From Chrysomallon squamiferum (Eukaryota; Animalia; Mollusca): 64,000 nucleotides of DNA. Each line of letters opens with the position of its first letter. The first letter of the stretch is position 1. The position numbers and the translations under genes were made by a program. The DNA lies in contig CM022668.1 in assembly GCA_012295275.1 (NCBI GenBank), positions 7,874,001 to 7,938,000 on the forward strand, read 5' to 3'. This document shows, piece after piece, positions 43,385-57,840 of this stretch. The notes beneath the pieces are model-generated. The model was not told where the DNA came from and searched no databases. It was given only the letters and a program-made list of their open reading frames with translations.

Positions 43385-45583
43385 CTGTCTGTATCTGTGT
43401 GTGTTAGTCTGTGTATTAACACGACTGTCTTTCTGTACTTCTGTCTGTATCTGTGTGTGTTAGTCTGTGTATTAACACGACTGTCTTTCTGACCATCTGT
43501 CTGTATCTGTGTGTGTTAGTCTGTGTATTAACACGACTGTCTTTCTGTACTTCTGTCTGTATCTGTGTGTGTTAGTCTGTGTATTAACACGACTGTCTTT
43601 CTGTACTTCTGTCTGTATCTGTGTGTGTTAGTCTGTGTGTGTGTTAGTCTGTCTTTGTAATTAACACCATCTGTCTGTATCTGTGTGTGTTAGTCTGTGT
43701 ATTAACACGACTGTCTTTCTGACCATCTGTCTGTATCTGTGTGTGTTAGTCTGTGTATTAACACGACTGTCTTTCTGTACTTCTGTCTGTATCTGTGTGT
43801 GTTAGTCTGTGTATTAACACGACTGTCTTTCTGACCATCTGTCTGTATCTGTGTGTGTTAGTCTGTGTATTAACACGACTGTCTTTCTGACCATCTGTCT
43901 GTATCTGTGTGTGTTAGTCTGTGTATTAACACGACTGTCTTTCTGTACTTCTGTCTGTATCTGTGTGTGTTAGTCTGTGTATTAACACGACTGTCTTTCT
44001 GTACTTCTGTCTGTATCTGTGTGTGTTAGTCTGTGTATTAACACGACTGTGTCTCTGTCTGTATCTGTCTGTCTGTGTGTTAGTCTGTATTAACACGACT
44101 GTCTTTCTGACCATCTGTCTGTATCTGTGTGTGTTAGTCTGTGTATTAACACGACTGTCTTTCTGACCATCTGTCTGTATCTGTGTGTGTTAGTCTGTGT
44201 ATTAACACGACTGTCTTTCTGTACCTCTGTCTGTATCTGTGTGTGTTAGTCTGTGTATTAACACGACTGTCTTTCTGTACTTCTGTCTGTATCTGTGTGT
44301 GTTAGTCTGTGTATTAACACGACTGTCTTTCTGTACTTCTGTCTGTATCTGTGTGTGTTAGTCTGTGTATTAACACGACTGTCTTTCTGTACCATCTGTC
44401 TGTATCTGTGTGTGTTAGTCTGTGTATTAACACGACTGTCTTTCTGTACCTCTGTCTGTATCTGTGTGTGTTAGTCTGTGTATTAACACGACTGTCTTTC
44501 TGACCATCTGTCTGTATCTGTGTGTGTTAGTCTGTGTATTAACACGACTGTCTTTCTGACCATCTGTCTGTATCTGTGTGTGTTAGTCTGTGTATTAACA
44601 CGACTGTCTTTCTGTACCATCTGTCTGTATCTGTGTGTGTTGTTAGTAACACGACTGTGTGTATTTATCTGTGTGTGTTAGTCTGTGTATTAACACGACT
44701 GTCTTTCTGTACTTCTGTCTGTATCTGTGTGTGTTAGTCTGTGTATTAACACGACTGTCTTTCTGACCATCTGTCTGTATCTGTGTGTGTTAGTCTGTGT
44801 ATTAACACGACTGTCTTTCTGACCATCTGTCTGTCTGTATCTGTGTGTGTTAGTCTGTGTATAACACGACTGTGTGTGTCTGTATCTGTGTGTGTCTGTG
44901 TATTAACACGACTGTCTTTCTGTACCTTCTGTCTGTATCTGTGTGTGTTAGTCTGTGTATTAACACGACTGTCTTTCTGACCATCTGTCTGTATCTGTGT
45001 GTGTTAGTCTGTGTATTAACACGACTGTCTTTCTGACTGTCTGTATCTGTGTGTGTTAGTCTGTCTGTATCTGTCTGTATCTGTGTGTGTTAGTCTGTGT
45101 ATTAACACGACTGTCTTTTTGTCTGTATCTGTCTGTCTGTGTATAACACGACTGTGTGTGTGTCTTAGTCTGTGTATTAACACGACTGTCTTTCTGACCA
45201 TCTGTCTGTATCTGTGTGTTAGTCTGTGTGACCTTCTGTCTGTGTTAGTCTGTGTATTAACACGACTGTATTAACACGACTGTCTTTCTGACCATCTGTC
45301 TGTATCTGTGTGTGTTAGTCTGTGTATTAACACGACTGTCTTTCTGTACTTCTGTCTGTATCTGTGTGTGTTAGTCTGTGTATTAACACGACTGTCTTTC
45401 TGTACCTTCTGTCTGTATCTGTGTGTGTTAGTCTGTGTATTAACACGACTGTCTTTCTGACCATCTGTCTGTATCTGTGTGTGTTAGTCTGTGTATTAAC
45501 ACGACTGTCTTTCTGTACTTCTGTCTGTATCTGTGTGTGTTAGTCTGTGTATTAACACGACTGTCTTTCTGTACTTCTGTCTG
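43385..45583. repeat. 56-bp minisatellite, about 39 units, two main variants
   Basis: ctgtctgtatctgtgtgtgttagtctgtgtattaacacgactgtctttct followed by gtactt or gaccat. Confidence 0.97.
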
Positions 45584-47292
45584 TTAGACTGAATTAGTAC
45601 GACTGTCTGTCTGTTGCTTAGAGATTTATACGTAGATAAAAGTATATTTTTATCTTTGCTAGAATCCCCTTCCTTGTCTCTTTCAATTAGTCTCTTTTAC
45701 CTTTTTACCTTCAGCCATTCACCGAATTTAGTTTCGTTTTTCTGTTTTTTTTCTTCATTCATCAATGTATTGATTCTCTCAAACAGGCTTATCTGGACTT
45801 ATTTAATCCTGAAATTCAGTTACTTTTAATAACAGCTAACTATATTAAACTTCGATGTTTGAAAGACTTTGCTTTTCGTTGATATCGGAAAGCAATTTTC
45901 TCCAGAAATCTTTCTCCTCGCTTTTAATGGAAAAAAAAGAAGAAAAAAGAGAAGAAGTTCAAAGTCCAAGGAATTACCAACAGTTAACTTTGATGGAGAA
46001 TGAGTCAGTATGTTTCTGGACAATTTTCAAACAAGGAGCGCGTAATTAGTTCAGAATGTTTCTTGAAACCGTAGAGATATTTGCTTTTATTCTTTTTCTT
46101 TCTTTCTTTTTTTTTTTTCTTTTTTTTCGTTCCAGTCCTGACGCTGGGAGTATTAAAAGCTTTTAGAAGATAGAGAGAGTAATCTCGTTTATTAACACCA
46201 ACGTAAACGATACATCTTTTTTCTACTCAAGCCTCGTTTTCAGATGTATAAATGCTGGTTTCGGTGTCATATGCTGAGTAAAAAAATATGTTTTTTAGTT
46301 TGTAGGCAGACGTGAACAGTACATGCGCTCGAGTCAAAGAATTTTCTTAAAAGTACAACTACACATTTCATTTCTAGATAGAGAGATAGCTGACAGACAG
46401 ATTGATGTACAGATATGTAAATAAGTAGGTAGAGAAGAAAAGCCAGACAAGTTAAAACATATTATACACACACACATATATATGTACATACATATACATC
46501 AATATCTACATACATATGTGTGTATGTGTGTATTTGTGTGTGTATAGATATATATATATACATACATGCATACACACAAACACACAAAAGCAAACCCTGA
46601 CATCATACATGCATATATACATTCACATATGCATAAATATTCTCTCTCTCTCTCTCTCTCTCTCAACACTAACACTCACATATATATACGCATACATGCA
46701 TATATAAACACCTAGACATACACATGTTCATATAGACACATACATTTTCACATACACACATTATCACACATATACGTAACTATGTACACAGAAATGCATA
46801 CACAGACACACATGTTCTGACATACATAGACACACATAAACACACACACACACGCTAATCTCATTAGTCGATATAATAATATATAGTCAGTCTCGGTGTG
46901 TTTTCTCCGAGGAAAGAGAAGAAAACGTTTATCAAATCTAAACTGGGCAGTCGCGCCTCTCTCTGGACAGAAATATCTCTGAAACGAGTCTAAGCGCATC
47001 ATTTCTCAGCAGCACCTCTGTAAACAAGTGCAAGATTTCAGTTGGGTTAACTGTAACTGACAATATAGATGTAGTGTAGACTCAGATACATACACAGGGT
47101 CGATGAGATGCAGAGAGCGAGAGGGGGGAGACAGACAGATAGAAAAATAGAATAGAGGGAAAGAAAAGAAAGGAGGAATAGACAAACAAAATTATATATA
47201 AAAGATATTGTGGGAAAGTGATAATCAGAGAAAGAAACAAAAACAAAAAATGAGAGAAAATGAGAGGTAGACTAAAACACAAAGAGAGAGAC

Positions 47293-47397
<105 letters not shown>

Positions 47398-48080
47398 GAG
47401 AGAGAGAGACAGCGAGAGACAAAGTCTTATTAAACGAGACTGTTACAATGAAAGAGTTTGTGAGCGGAAATACATTTCACATTCCTGAAATCTCATCTAC
47501 TCACAACATACACAATTCTTTTTATAGAGATTAAAAATATTCATATCTGTGTGTTAAAGTGTGTGTGTGATGATGTAAATAAATACTATAAGTCTAACCA
47601 AAGTCGTAATTACTGGTCTAGAAATATTATATCACAGTTTTTATTATTAATTTATTTTTATTTGTTTATTATTATTATTTTTTATAATGATTAAATATAT
47701 GTAATATCTGTGTCTGTCTGTCTGTATGTTTGTTTCTCCTCTGACCGTCCACTCATTGTCCATCATTAGTCCTTTCATCCGTGAATGCATCCGTCAGTCT
47801 ATTATGTATATAATAGCATGCTGTGTATAATATGTATGTATGTGTGTGCATGCGTGCGTGCGTGTGTGTGTATTTAAGTGTATTTATATTTGGTGACAAA
47901 GGAGAAAGAGGTAATAACAAATAATGGTAATTCCTAGCAGGTAAATAATGCACAATAAGCACAAAAGAAACAGCAAGAACAATGGGAATATTAACAAAGA
48001 AACGAACAAAATAATAATAAAATAACCAGAAAACAAAAACAGCAGCAGCAACAACAACAGCTATTATAATAATTAAAAAA

Positions 48081-48885
48081 ATATACTTGTGTACAAGGCG
48101 ACCTTATGTATAAGTCGATGTGTATTTTAAGACCAAAAATTGCGTCATTTTAGGTATTACTTGTGTATAAGTCGACTGTAGATTCCAGGCACCGTCACTA
48201 TTTTTAGACCAGTGTGACAGTGCCATGAAGGCCTACATTGTACGCCTACTGTAACATAACTTGCACGAGCTGTAACTTGCACGAACATACCATAATAACG
48301 TAAATGCATGTATTACACGAGCTATAGCCTAAATGTATCATAAATAGTATCTCTTTAATGTAATAGGTCTAACATGGAGACCTAACTTACCGTTATATTT
48401 AGCCGTTCTATGATTTACAAAATTTGTCGGTAGTGGATATTAATGACAATTGCAATATTATTTCACCAAATTCTTTACAATTAAACAAGTGAGTTTTGTT
48501 TATGAAATTAGGACCGATATTTAGTGTAATTTGGCAGAGAAGTCTGCATTCCTAGATCATTGCAAGACGCCCTAAGGCATAACGCCGTACTGACGGTTTT
48601 CTTGCTTTAAAATGTATTTTTATGTAATTAAACGGAAGAATATAATGTTTTACCTTCATATTTGGTTTTGTTATTTAATTTTTCAAAAATTTTTATACGA
48701 TAAAATTATATTTTTGAAAAGCTGAAAGACCGCGATTATTTTAGATGCATCCCGTAGCAAAAAATAGTCAAAATGGCGACTCTTCGGCAACAGCTACAAA
48801 AGCATTACCTATGTATAAGTCGACCCCCAAAATATTACCTTAATATAGTCTCCCAAAAATTCGACTTATACACAAGTATATACGG
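48081..48885. mobile_element. Non-autonomous Tc2/pogo-like MITE, ~800 bp
   Basis: Right TIR TCGACTTATACACAAGTATATACGG (48861-48885). Left TIR ATATACTTGTGTACAAGGCGA lacks its outer CCGT. Subterminal TGTATAAGTCGA repeats at 48107, 48164 and 48812. No transposase ORF. Confidence 0.8.
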
Positions 48886-49337
48886 AAAATAAAATCAACC
48901 TTGAATCCTACCTGTTTATAAAATCTTTATAATTCGCTTATTTGATTAGGCAGTTGATAATCCATTTATTAATCTTAATCCGGATTTAATAACCTGATAT
49001 TCTAGGAGTCGAGGTACAAAATATATTTAGACAAACAACAATCGCTCAAAACTTGTAATTAATTACAACAGAAATATACCTTAATTAAGCGACTGTGACG
49101 TTATTCGTTTATGACGTCATTTACGCTAATTTCCATTTGTACTGTTACCAAGGGTCTTTCTAGTCCTCAGTGAAGTGTTGCGTGGGTGTATGGTTTGGAT
49201 CAGTAGTAGGTGGATTTCCTTGTTGTTGATTCTAAATTTACTACTACTACTACTACTACTACTACTACAGTAGCAGTAGTACGTCAGTAAGTACATTAAC
49301 GTAAATCAAATATACATATATATATATATATATATAA

Positions 49338-49385
<48 letters not shown>

Positions 49386-49802
49386 TATATATTTATATAT
49401 ATATATATATATAAATAAATAAACAAACAAATGGAATAAACGAATAATATAAAGAACAAACAAAGAATATATATATATTAAAAACAAAACGGATTACTAA
49501 ATAAATAAAACAAACAAATGGAATAAAAGAAAACAAACAAAAAAACAAAAAAAGCAAAACAAAAGAACAAAACGGAACCAACGAATAAATAAAAATTAAA
49601 TAAAACAAAAAAAAACAAACAAACAAACAAAAGAACAAAAGAATGACACGAATAAAAAAAAAAACCAAAAAAAAAACCCCAATTAATAAATAAATAAATA
49701 ATAATAAAGAATGACAATAAAACCCAGTAATAATAATAATAAAATAATATTAGATAATAAAATAATAATAACAACACATTAGAAGAGAAAATAATAAACA
49801 AA

Positions 49803-49837
<35 letters not shown>

Positions 49838-50111
49838 GTAAATAAAACAATAAAGCAGTGTTTACGGCTGGTGAAAGCGGATAGGCCGCCTTTAATTGGA
49901 TCGTCTCAGTTTATTCAAAACCTGCCACTTGCCTCCAGCAGGTGCCGATAAAATCGTTTATGGTAAATTGAACAAAACGAAAAGAAAATAAAGACGTGTA
50001 TCAGATGGCTGTGGTTTTAATATGCATAAATAAATACTAAACAGATTACAACAGGACACGAGAGCGGCGGAATGTTAGTGGTTAGAGCGCTCGTCAACAT
50101 TTCTCAGTATT

Positions 50112-50374
<263 letters not shown>

Positions 50375-50854
50375 AATTATATTTTGTTTGATTGTGAAAA
50401 ATTTTCTAGATGAACAAAATTATCTTATCTACTTTTATTTAGGATACGAAAATAAAAAGAAATAAAAAATGCCGAGAACGATAGATAGTTAGATAAATAG
50501 ATAGATAGACAGGTAGATGTACAGACATAGGTAATAAACAGTTAGTGAGAAAGACAAAGTTTGTGTTCAGTTAAAATGAAAAAAACAAAACAAAAGAAAG
50601 AAAGATATGAAAAAGAACAAATGAACGAGAAATAAAAGAAAGAAGAAAGGAAGCGTAAAAAGAACAACAAAACAAATAAAAAGAACAAAATAACTAAGAA
50701 AGAAAGAAATAAGAAAAAACAAAACAACAACGAAATAAACAAACAAACCAACTAATTAACTTACTAAAGATATTTCTAGGTTATCTGCCTTTTTGATCCA
50801 CAATCCCATAATACCTTTGATTTATTCATTTACTTAATTATAATACATCATCCA

Positions 50855-50970
50855 GCAGTGGCTTCTGATCACTGGTTTGAGCAAACAGCCTGAACGTAAT
50901 TCGGAACATGTGGGATCAAATCTCGCCGGTAAACCTACTGAACTATTTCCCGTTCCAGCCACTGTTCTGT
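50855..50970 (+). mobile_element. Decayed tRNA-derived SINE with a V-domain-like core
   Basis: Degenerate B-box GGGATCAAATCTC followed by CTATTTCCCGTTCCAGCCACTG, which resembles the TATTTCTCGTTCCAGCCAGTG segment of V-type SINEs. Recalled, not searched. Confidence 0.45.
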
Positions 50971-51607
50971 CAAACAGCTAGACATGTCTGAAAGAAAACA
51001 TAAAAGGCACCATTGGTGTTCACAGATAATTCTATAAGTTATGGAATATCAGAAGAAAATGTACTCCCTTTCGCTCTCAGTTCCACCATTTTCCTAATTT
51101 CAAATAAAATGTTTGTAGAGCCAGGACTGAGACGAAGAAAACAAGTCAACAGTTGGAAAGGGAAAACAAAATTTGACTCTGGTTTGTTTTTGGTCTTTTT
51201 CGTTTCTTCTAAAACACAAAATTTAAAAACATTCCTCTAAGCTGTATCGATCCTGGAATGATTCACGCTGCAGGGTGGGTACTGGGTGTGGGGAGGTTCG
51301 AGTCACACCCGCGTCATATGACTGCGGGGATTAGTCAGAAAGCGTGGAAACAAGAGCGTAAATAAGAAATTATTTTGACAGATTACTTTCGTGTTCATCT
51401 GGGAATTTCTGCGAGGAGGATGCATGAGAAGCGAGTCTGCACAGAATGAGTCATCAACTCGCTCATTAATTATTCAGTTTGTCATCGCATAACCGTTTAT
51501 ACAGCTCAGAACCTAATCCTTGACATGTTGTTCTTTAGTGCAGCCAGGTCACGGTAGTTTAAACATTATTTATTTGTTTGTTTGTTTGTTTATTATTGTT
51601 ATTGTTG

Positions 51608-51653
<46 letters not shown>

Positions 51654-51718
51654 TTATTATATTCGTATTCTGTTTGTGAAACTATAGCTACCTCTCGTTA
51701 TCTATCTAGCTAACTAGT

Positions 51719-51872
<154 letters not shown>

Positions 51873-52735
51873 TACTTTTTATTTGTGAAAAATTCATCAC
51901 CACTTCGTTGTCATCACTATCATCAACAACATCGGTTAAACAAAATTTCTACAAGTGCAATATTATAGTCTATTCATTTTACATAAGCTTGTATTTCTTA
52001 ACAGATTAAAACATTAAATGTATTAATTAACAGTATAAACCCGTCACTGGTATCGAACCAAGAGTCTTGAAATAGTAGAGCCAATATTCAAACAATATTA
52101 CCGCAATAATGAAGACAAAACAAATATTTACGCGCTTTTTTTCTCTTAAAAATAATTAATTTTTCAGACACATATTTCACAATAACGGATGCAGCGAAAG
52201 AAAAATGTACCTTAGCACGAATAAGAGTTCCATCGACAGGGGAGCTAACCTATATTTGTAAAAAATGTTTTTTGTTCGGCCCTCATTCCGTTAGGTGATG
52301 CGGACAACAACATATTGTGTGTAAATGAACTGCAGTCCCTGCTCGCCAATAACTCGGATTTAATTCCGATATCCAATACATTTTGACAAACTTTACACTA
52401 ATCGGTCTTAACGACATTCGCTGGGGGATAACCAGCTCTCGCGTCCTCCGGCCATTTTCTTTTCGCAAATACCCTCGCTCCCCTGAGTCTGATTAACGCC
52501 AACCGACTTATGTCAAAGCACAACGAGCATTAATTTCATACAGCTCTGCAGTGACGTGTTTTCATAGCCATCTCCCTGGGAGACCTGTGCTCCCTTATAC
52601 ACCATCCACCCCATTTATAGTGAAATGATCTTTCGCTATCTTTGATTTGTAGAAAGAAAATCATAAATATAGAAAAAAAAATAATAATAATAAAAGATAA
52701 AAAAAAAATTAATAATAATAATAATAATAATAATG

Positions 52736-52807
<72 letters not shown>

Positions 52808-52820
52808 TTAACAACAACCC

Positions 52821-52851
<31 letters not shown>

Positions 52852-53189
52852 AATAATAAATAAATAAATTAAAAATTAAAATAAAATAAAATAAATAAAT
52901 AAACAAAAATACATTTTGAAAATAAGATTATTACTTCTTAGTCAAATTAATATTAATATAGAGATAAATTCACTTACATTTATTTATTATTTATTGAGAT
53001 TTCTGAAGGGTGGCACGTATCATCAGAACTGCACTGTCTGCTCTAAACAGACATAAAAAGGTTTACATAAAATGCTGTGTTTTGTTTGCTACAGTCACGT
53101 GTGTCTGTGACGTACAAAGCTGTTGTTTGGTCTCAATGTTTTCTTCAAAGGCCTCGACCTCTGCACTGCAGATGAATGTAGCTGTTATC

Positions 53190-53520
53190 AGGATGTGACG
53201 TCACAATCTATCAACCTTAAGGTCGCTGGATTAATCACTGACGCCGCTGATTAACATTCTTTTTAAAGCATTTTATTTAAAGCGTGTTATTAAATGCATA
53301 CGTGCACTCGGAGAAAGAAAACGTACGTGACTTGAACCTAAGTAACCGGAGAGTAAAAAACACTGCGCATGCTCAGTAGCTCGCTGTTTACATCTAGTGA
53401 CCCGCCAGCTTGGTGCTTACACGAGTGTCTGTTTCCGGTTACAACAGGAAATACTTCATTCCATTGACGGGCAATGTTGGTCAGCGGGAAACAGGAAGGG
53501 TTAAAAATCTTGGCGTGCAA
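53190..53520. promoter_or_regulatory. Candidate promoter/enhancer: CRE, NRF1-like, Fox and ETS motifs
   Basis: TGTGACGTCACA (53194-53205), ACTGCGCATGCTCAGT (53362-53377), TGTTTAC (~53385), and TTCCGG/ACAGGAA three times in 53430-53500. Confidence 0.4.
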
Positions 53521-54997
53521 ATAAGAATAAAGAAAAGTTGAAAACAAGACGAAGTCTGGAAGTCTACGTTTTTTTTATTTCTTATTTTTTTTTTATTTTT
53601 TATTTTTATTTTATTTATTATTTTATTATTATGAACGGGGCTAACGGGTCAATGTTTCGATTACTTGCTGAGTATTTAAGGAATGTTACGGTTACTTCTT
53701 TTTTGTTTATTGCGGTTGTTGTTGTTGTTTCTATCGCCTTGGTTCTTAGTGGTAGTGCTAGTACTTCTACTGGCATTAGTAGCGATAATAATATAGCCTT
53801 AAAAGCAACGGTAATAATAATTGTAAGTGGTAGTAGTAGCAGCACTAGCAGTATTAGTATTAGTAGTAGTAGTAGTAGTAGTAAAATGGTAGCAATACTA
53901 ATAGCGATTGTAGTATAGGTAGCAGCAATATATAATAGCAGTGGGAATAGCAGTAGAAGTGGCAATAGTCGAAGTAGTAATTGTAATAGTAATACTAATC
54001 ACAGAAGCAGTAGTAGCAGAAGAAAAAGAAAAAGAAAGATTTGTAAAGAAGTAGTAATGATTTATTAGAAAACTAAGAGAAAAACAGCGGAAAAACAGCG
54101 GAAAAACAGCAGCAACAACAACCACACCCATAACAACAACAACAGCAATGAATGGATGAATGTTTAACGACATCCCAGCACAATCAACAACAGAAACACC
54201 ACCAGCAACCACATTAACAGTAATAACAGCAGCAGCAATAGCAGCAACAGCAACTGCAGCAATTATGACGGCATTAAACTCAGCAGGTTGTCACAAAGGA
54301 AATCTACAACGCTACTTATCTACATAATATTATTTCCTGGTCTGTCAGCACATGAATTCTTTGTATGTTTTTGTGCAGGTACAATACTCCATAGCAGCGA
54401 GAATAATAACAGAGCTTCATACATCTATTTTTAATTATTATCTTTATTTTGTTTCCTCCACTAATCAATACTTCATAATTCGCTTATTACAGACCTCGGT
54501 CGCTATTACTATATTCCTATTTCGGTTGCACAATACATGAAAAGAGATTTTATGCAGCATGTACGGGCGTTATTTACAGAACGTGAAATAAAATATAAAT
54601 TAAAAAATAATAATAATAATAAAAAAAAAGATTGAAAAAAAAGAGTAATAATCGAAAGTACGTATGTACCAAGAACAGCTGGTTTAAACATTAATGTAAA
54701 TTATTTTCTTATTGTCAGATAGAGTTTATACGAGCGAGCCGCCCATGGAAAGAGGAGAATATCGAGTAGAAATACAATTTATTCACTCGTGATGCTGAGC
54801 TGGTCAAGCGGAAAATTGCTTGTTTGTGGGTTGCGCTACAGCAGTTTTCATTGTGTATTCAACCACTTTTGAAGCCTTTTGTTTTCCAGTTCGGAATACT
54901 TGAGAAAGACGAGTCCTTGATTAGTTTGTTGAGTTTGTCAAAAGTGCATGACGGCAGATCAAAATGTTAGTAGGTGATGACACGTTGGAGGGAGGAG

Positions 54998-55080
<83 letters not shown>

Positions 55081-55454
55081 GAATAAATGAATAGAGAGTG
55101 ATAGGCTGACAAGTTAGGAAAATAAGTAAAAAGAAAAGTGCTGGAAAGTAATCAACGAAATGTAGCATAATATTAAGCAGAGGACAGAAGAAACAAGTAC
55201 AGATTTAATTACATAAAATAATAAAATAATAAATAAATAAATAAACAAATAAAAACGAATGAAAGAATATCAATAAACACACGGTCGATAGACAGAGCAG
55301 TTAGTATTTTTGTGGTTGTAAAATCAGATAGGAAATAAATAAATAAATAAATAAACAAATAAATAAATAAAAGTCAAGGGAACATCAAAGCAGAAAGACG
55401 CAGACAGAATTAATAATCGCTGAAAAGTGAAATGATTTAAAAAGTAAAAAGATT

Positions 55455-56100
55455 TTTCGTGTACGGCTCGCCGAGGAGGCCATTTCGACAATGAAACGTT
55501 ACGCGAGAGGCGAGTGGAACGAGTATTTGCTCTCAGATTACTTAACTTTAACGAGTTAAAAACCTCGCAGATCTTTATTGCGCCACCCCGCCTCTTTTCA
55601 CGACGGCGTCACGACTGATGTAGGTGGCGCTGTGTCATGCCGCTTAACTCTAAATCATAATTTCGTTCCCGTTAATTGACCACTGCGGGCAGAATAATCA
55701 AATTTTGATGTGAAAACTGTTTATCAGACAGGCGGCTTATTATCACCGGCAACAAAGAGCTGTGGACGTCTCCGTCGTGCCTGCGAGAAGTGAAGTGGCA
55801 AGTCTAAGTGGCCTCCATTTTGAACTGGACGGCGATAAGGAAAGGGTTATTCCCTCCTCAGGATAGAGGAGCACCGTTCTGAAAGGCAGCCGAGCAGGCC
55901 GTCAATCGTGGACACGTTAACGCGCGATGTGAAGTGACAGAACGCAAAGCTTCTTTCTTCAGCGGTCTTAGGCTGAGAGGAAGAGAAGAGGGAGCCGCGC
56001 GTGCGCATTTCTCACCATCAGAGAGCAATTACCGCTGTCCTCAGAGCGCGGATGACGTGCATTTATCCAATCCTCTTTGTGTTCGAGTGCCTCGCCTTCA
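55455..56100. promoter_or_regulatory. GC/CpG-rich island, the most GC-rich stretch by eye; candidate regulatory element
   Basis: Dense CpGs, no microsatellite, no credible ORF, and a CTCF-like GATGTAGGTGGCGCTG at 55617. Confidence 0.45.
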
Positions 56101-56179
56101 AAACAAGTGTAAATGATATTTCCAGCCACTGGACTCAGTTTAGCTAGCTGTTCATTTAGCCGTTCAAGGCAAACACATG

Positions 56180-57005
56180 AAATTAAAAGTAAAGGTGCCG
56201 ACACAGGGGGTAATCGGCTGGAACGATTTCAAACTTCAGTTACTCACTTCTTATTCATGGTCAAAAATAAAGATGCAGTCATACAAAATAATAGTTTTGA
56301 TATTTGTAGTAATGATAGATTATTTTTTTTTCATTATTCATTGAAATCAAATGAATTTAGAACTAAAGGTGCTGACACGCGATATTACTTTATGTGAGGA
56401 CGCTTTCGAACTCACTTTATATTTACACCCAAAATAAAGATGCTGTCATACAAAATGATTTTTTGTTTAAATGATATGTTCCAAGTTTACTTGCTAACTT
56501 TTTGTTCACAACAGGCACACTGATTTAAAATTAAACATACATGTCAACACAAGATAATTTATTCGAACGATTTCGTAGTTCAACTGCTCATTTTACTGTT
56601 ATACGATAGAATAGGCACAATAATTTTTAAAAAATATTTTCTGAGTTTAGTCACTGAGTGATGAAAGAAAACCTAGAATTAATAATATAGCTGCTGACAC
56701 ACCAGACAATCGATGCCAAAAATTTCATAATTCAGTCACTTTTTTGTGCCTAAGGTAAAACAGAAATGATTTTATTTTTGTAAATGCAGTTACTCATTAT
56801 GGATTCACATTAAAGAGAAATGCTGCTGTCATATGAATTAATTGGTGAAAACGATTTTTGATTGATTAGTACGTATACACCAAATACAAATAAAGGTGCT
56901 ATAACTAGATATAACCGGAGATAACAATTTTTAAAAATTTCTTATTGAGTCACTCTTTTCATTCGCAAGAAAGATATGGAATAAAATAAAGGTGCAATCA
57001 TACGG
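56180..57005. repeat. Highly diverged tandem array with recurrent AAAG(G/A)TGC.G(A/T)CA motif
   Basis: aaaggtgccgacac (~56191), aaagatgcagtcatacaaaat (~56270), aaaggtgctgacac (~56365), aaagatgctgtcatacaaaat (~56436). Weaker copies at ~56690, ~56822, ~56892 and ~56988. Confidence 0.6.
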
Positions 57006-57399
57006 TGTAATCTACTTAAAAAGGAAAATAAAAATGCAAGGGTTGTGGGAGACTGTGTAATTAGATAATGGAGAATATTGCTAACTATTTAGTTTCTTTC
57101 TTTCTTCATACTTGCAGCATACAAAAACATACACACGCAAACACAGACAAAAACGCACAATGCACATACTCACACATATAAACACAAACACAAAATATAC
57201 TCACAGTTACACACATACACATATTAGCAGATACACATACACACACTCATAAAGACACGCATACAAAAACAAACATATGCATACACAAACACACACAGAC
57301 ATACACATGCACACACAGACATACAGATACATGTTTAATTAGAATAACAAAATCAGATATGTTAGACCTTGAAAGTAGCTGCAGTAAAAACAATTTAAA

Positions 57400-57482
<83 letters not shown>

Positions 57483-57826
57483 GAAATAATAAAGATACAG
57501 TATAACACATGTTATTGGACCAAGTGGAATCGATCCCGCAGACCAGCGTGTGTGATAACACTAATAAACAAGCGTTCTAAAACACGTCCTGTTTTTTTCA
57601 TTGTGTTTCACTTCTACACAACACGACACGCTTCACAATTTTATTTCATTATTAAATCGGCTGATATGTTAATTCTGCACGACATTGCCCCAAAAACAAT
57701 ACACCACCGCTCTGACTGTGTAGCACTCATACGTCCGCCATTTTCATCTCTCCTCGGAAGTACCAGGGGAGTTTGATAACGAGCGACTAAATTGAAAGAG
57801 TTCTTCGACCTTCACTTGGCTCTGTC

Positions 57827-57840
57827 CCGCGAGGGGGCGC
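57827..57840 (+). promoter_or_regulatory. CTCF-like motif CCGCGAGGGGGCGC(TG), best match in the window
   Basis: Close to the CTCF consensus and located in a CpG-rich island. Confidence 0.5.

Noticed and set aside
43385-45583. CRISPR-like appearance of the hairpin-containing array (also 17905-18870 and 56180-57005)
   Set aside because: Head-to-tail units without unique constant-length spacers, eukaryotic context, and no cas genes.
51280-51325. tRNA-like B-box GGTTCGAGTC (similar words near 17076, 21357, 52050, 59400 and 61530)
   Set aside because: No cloverleaf or properly spaced A-box; at best SINE debris, not tRNA genes.
55934-56397. Short ORFs in the GC-rich island
   Set aside because: Mostly non-ATG starts, no splice context and no recognisable protein features.
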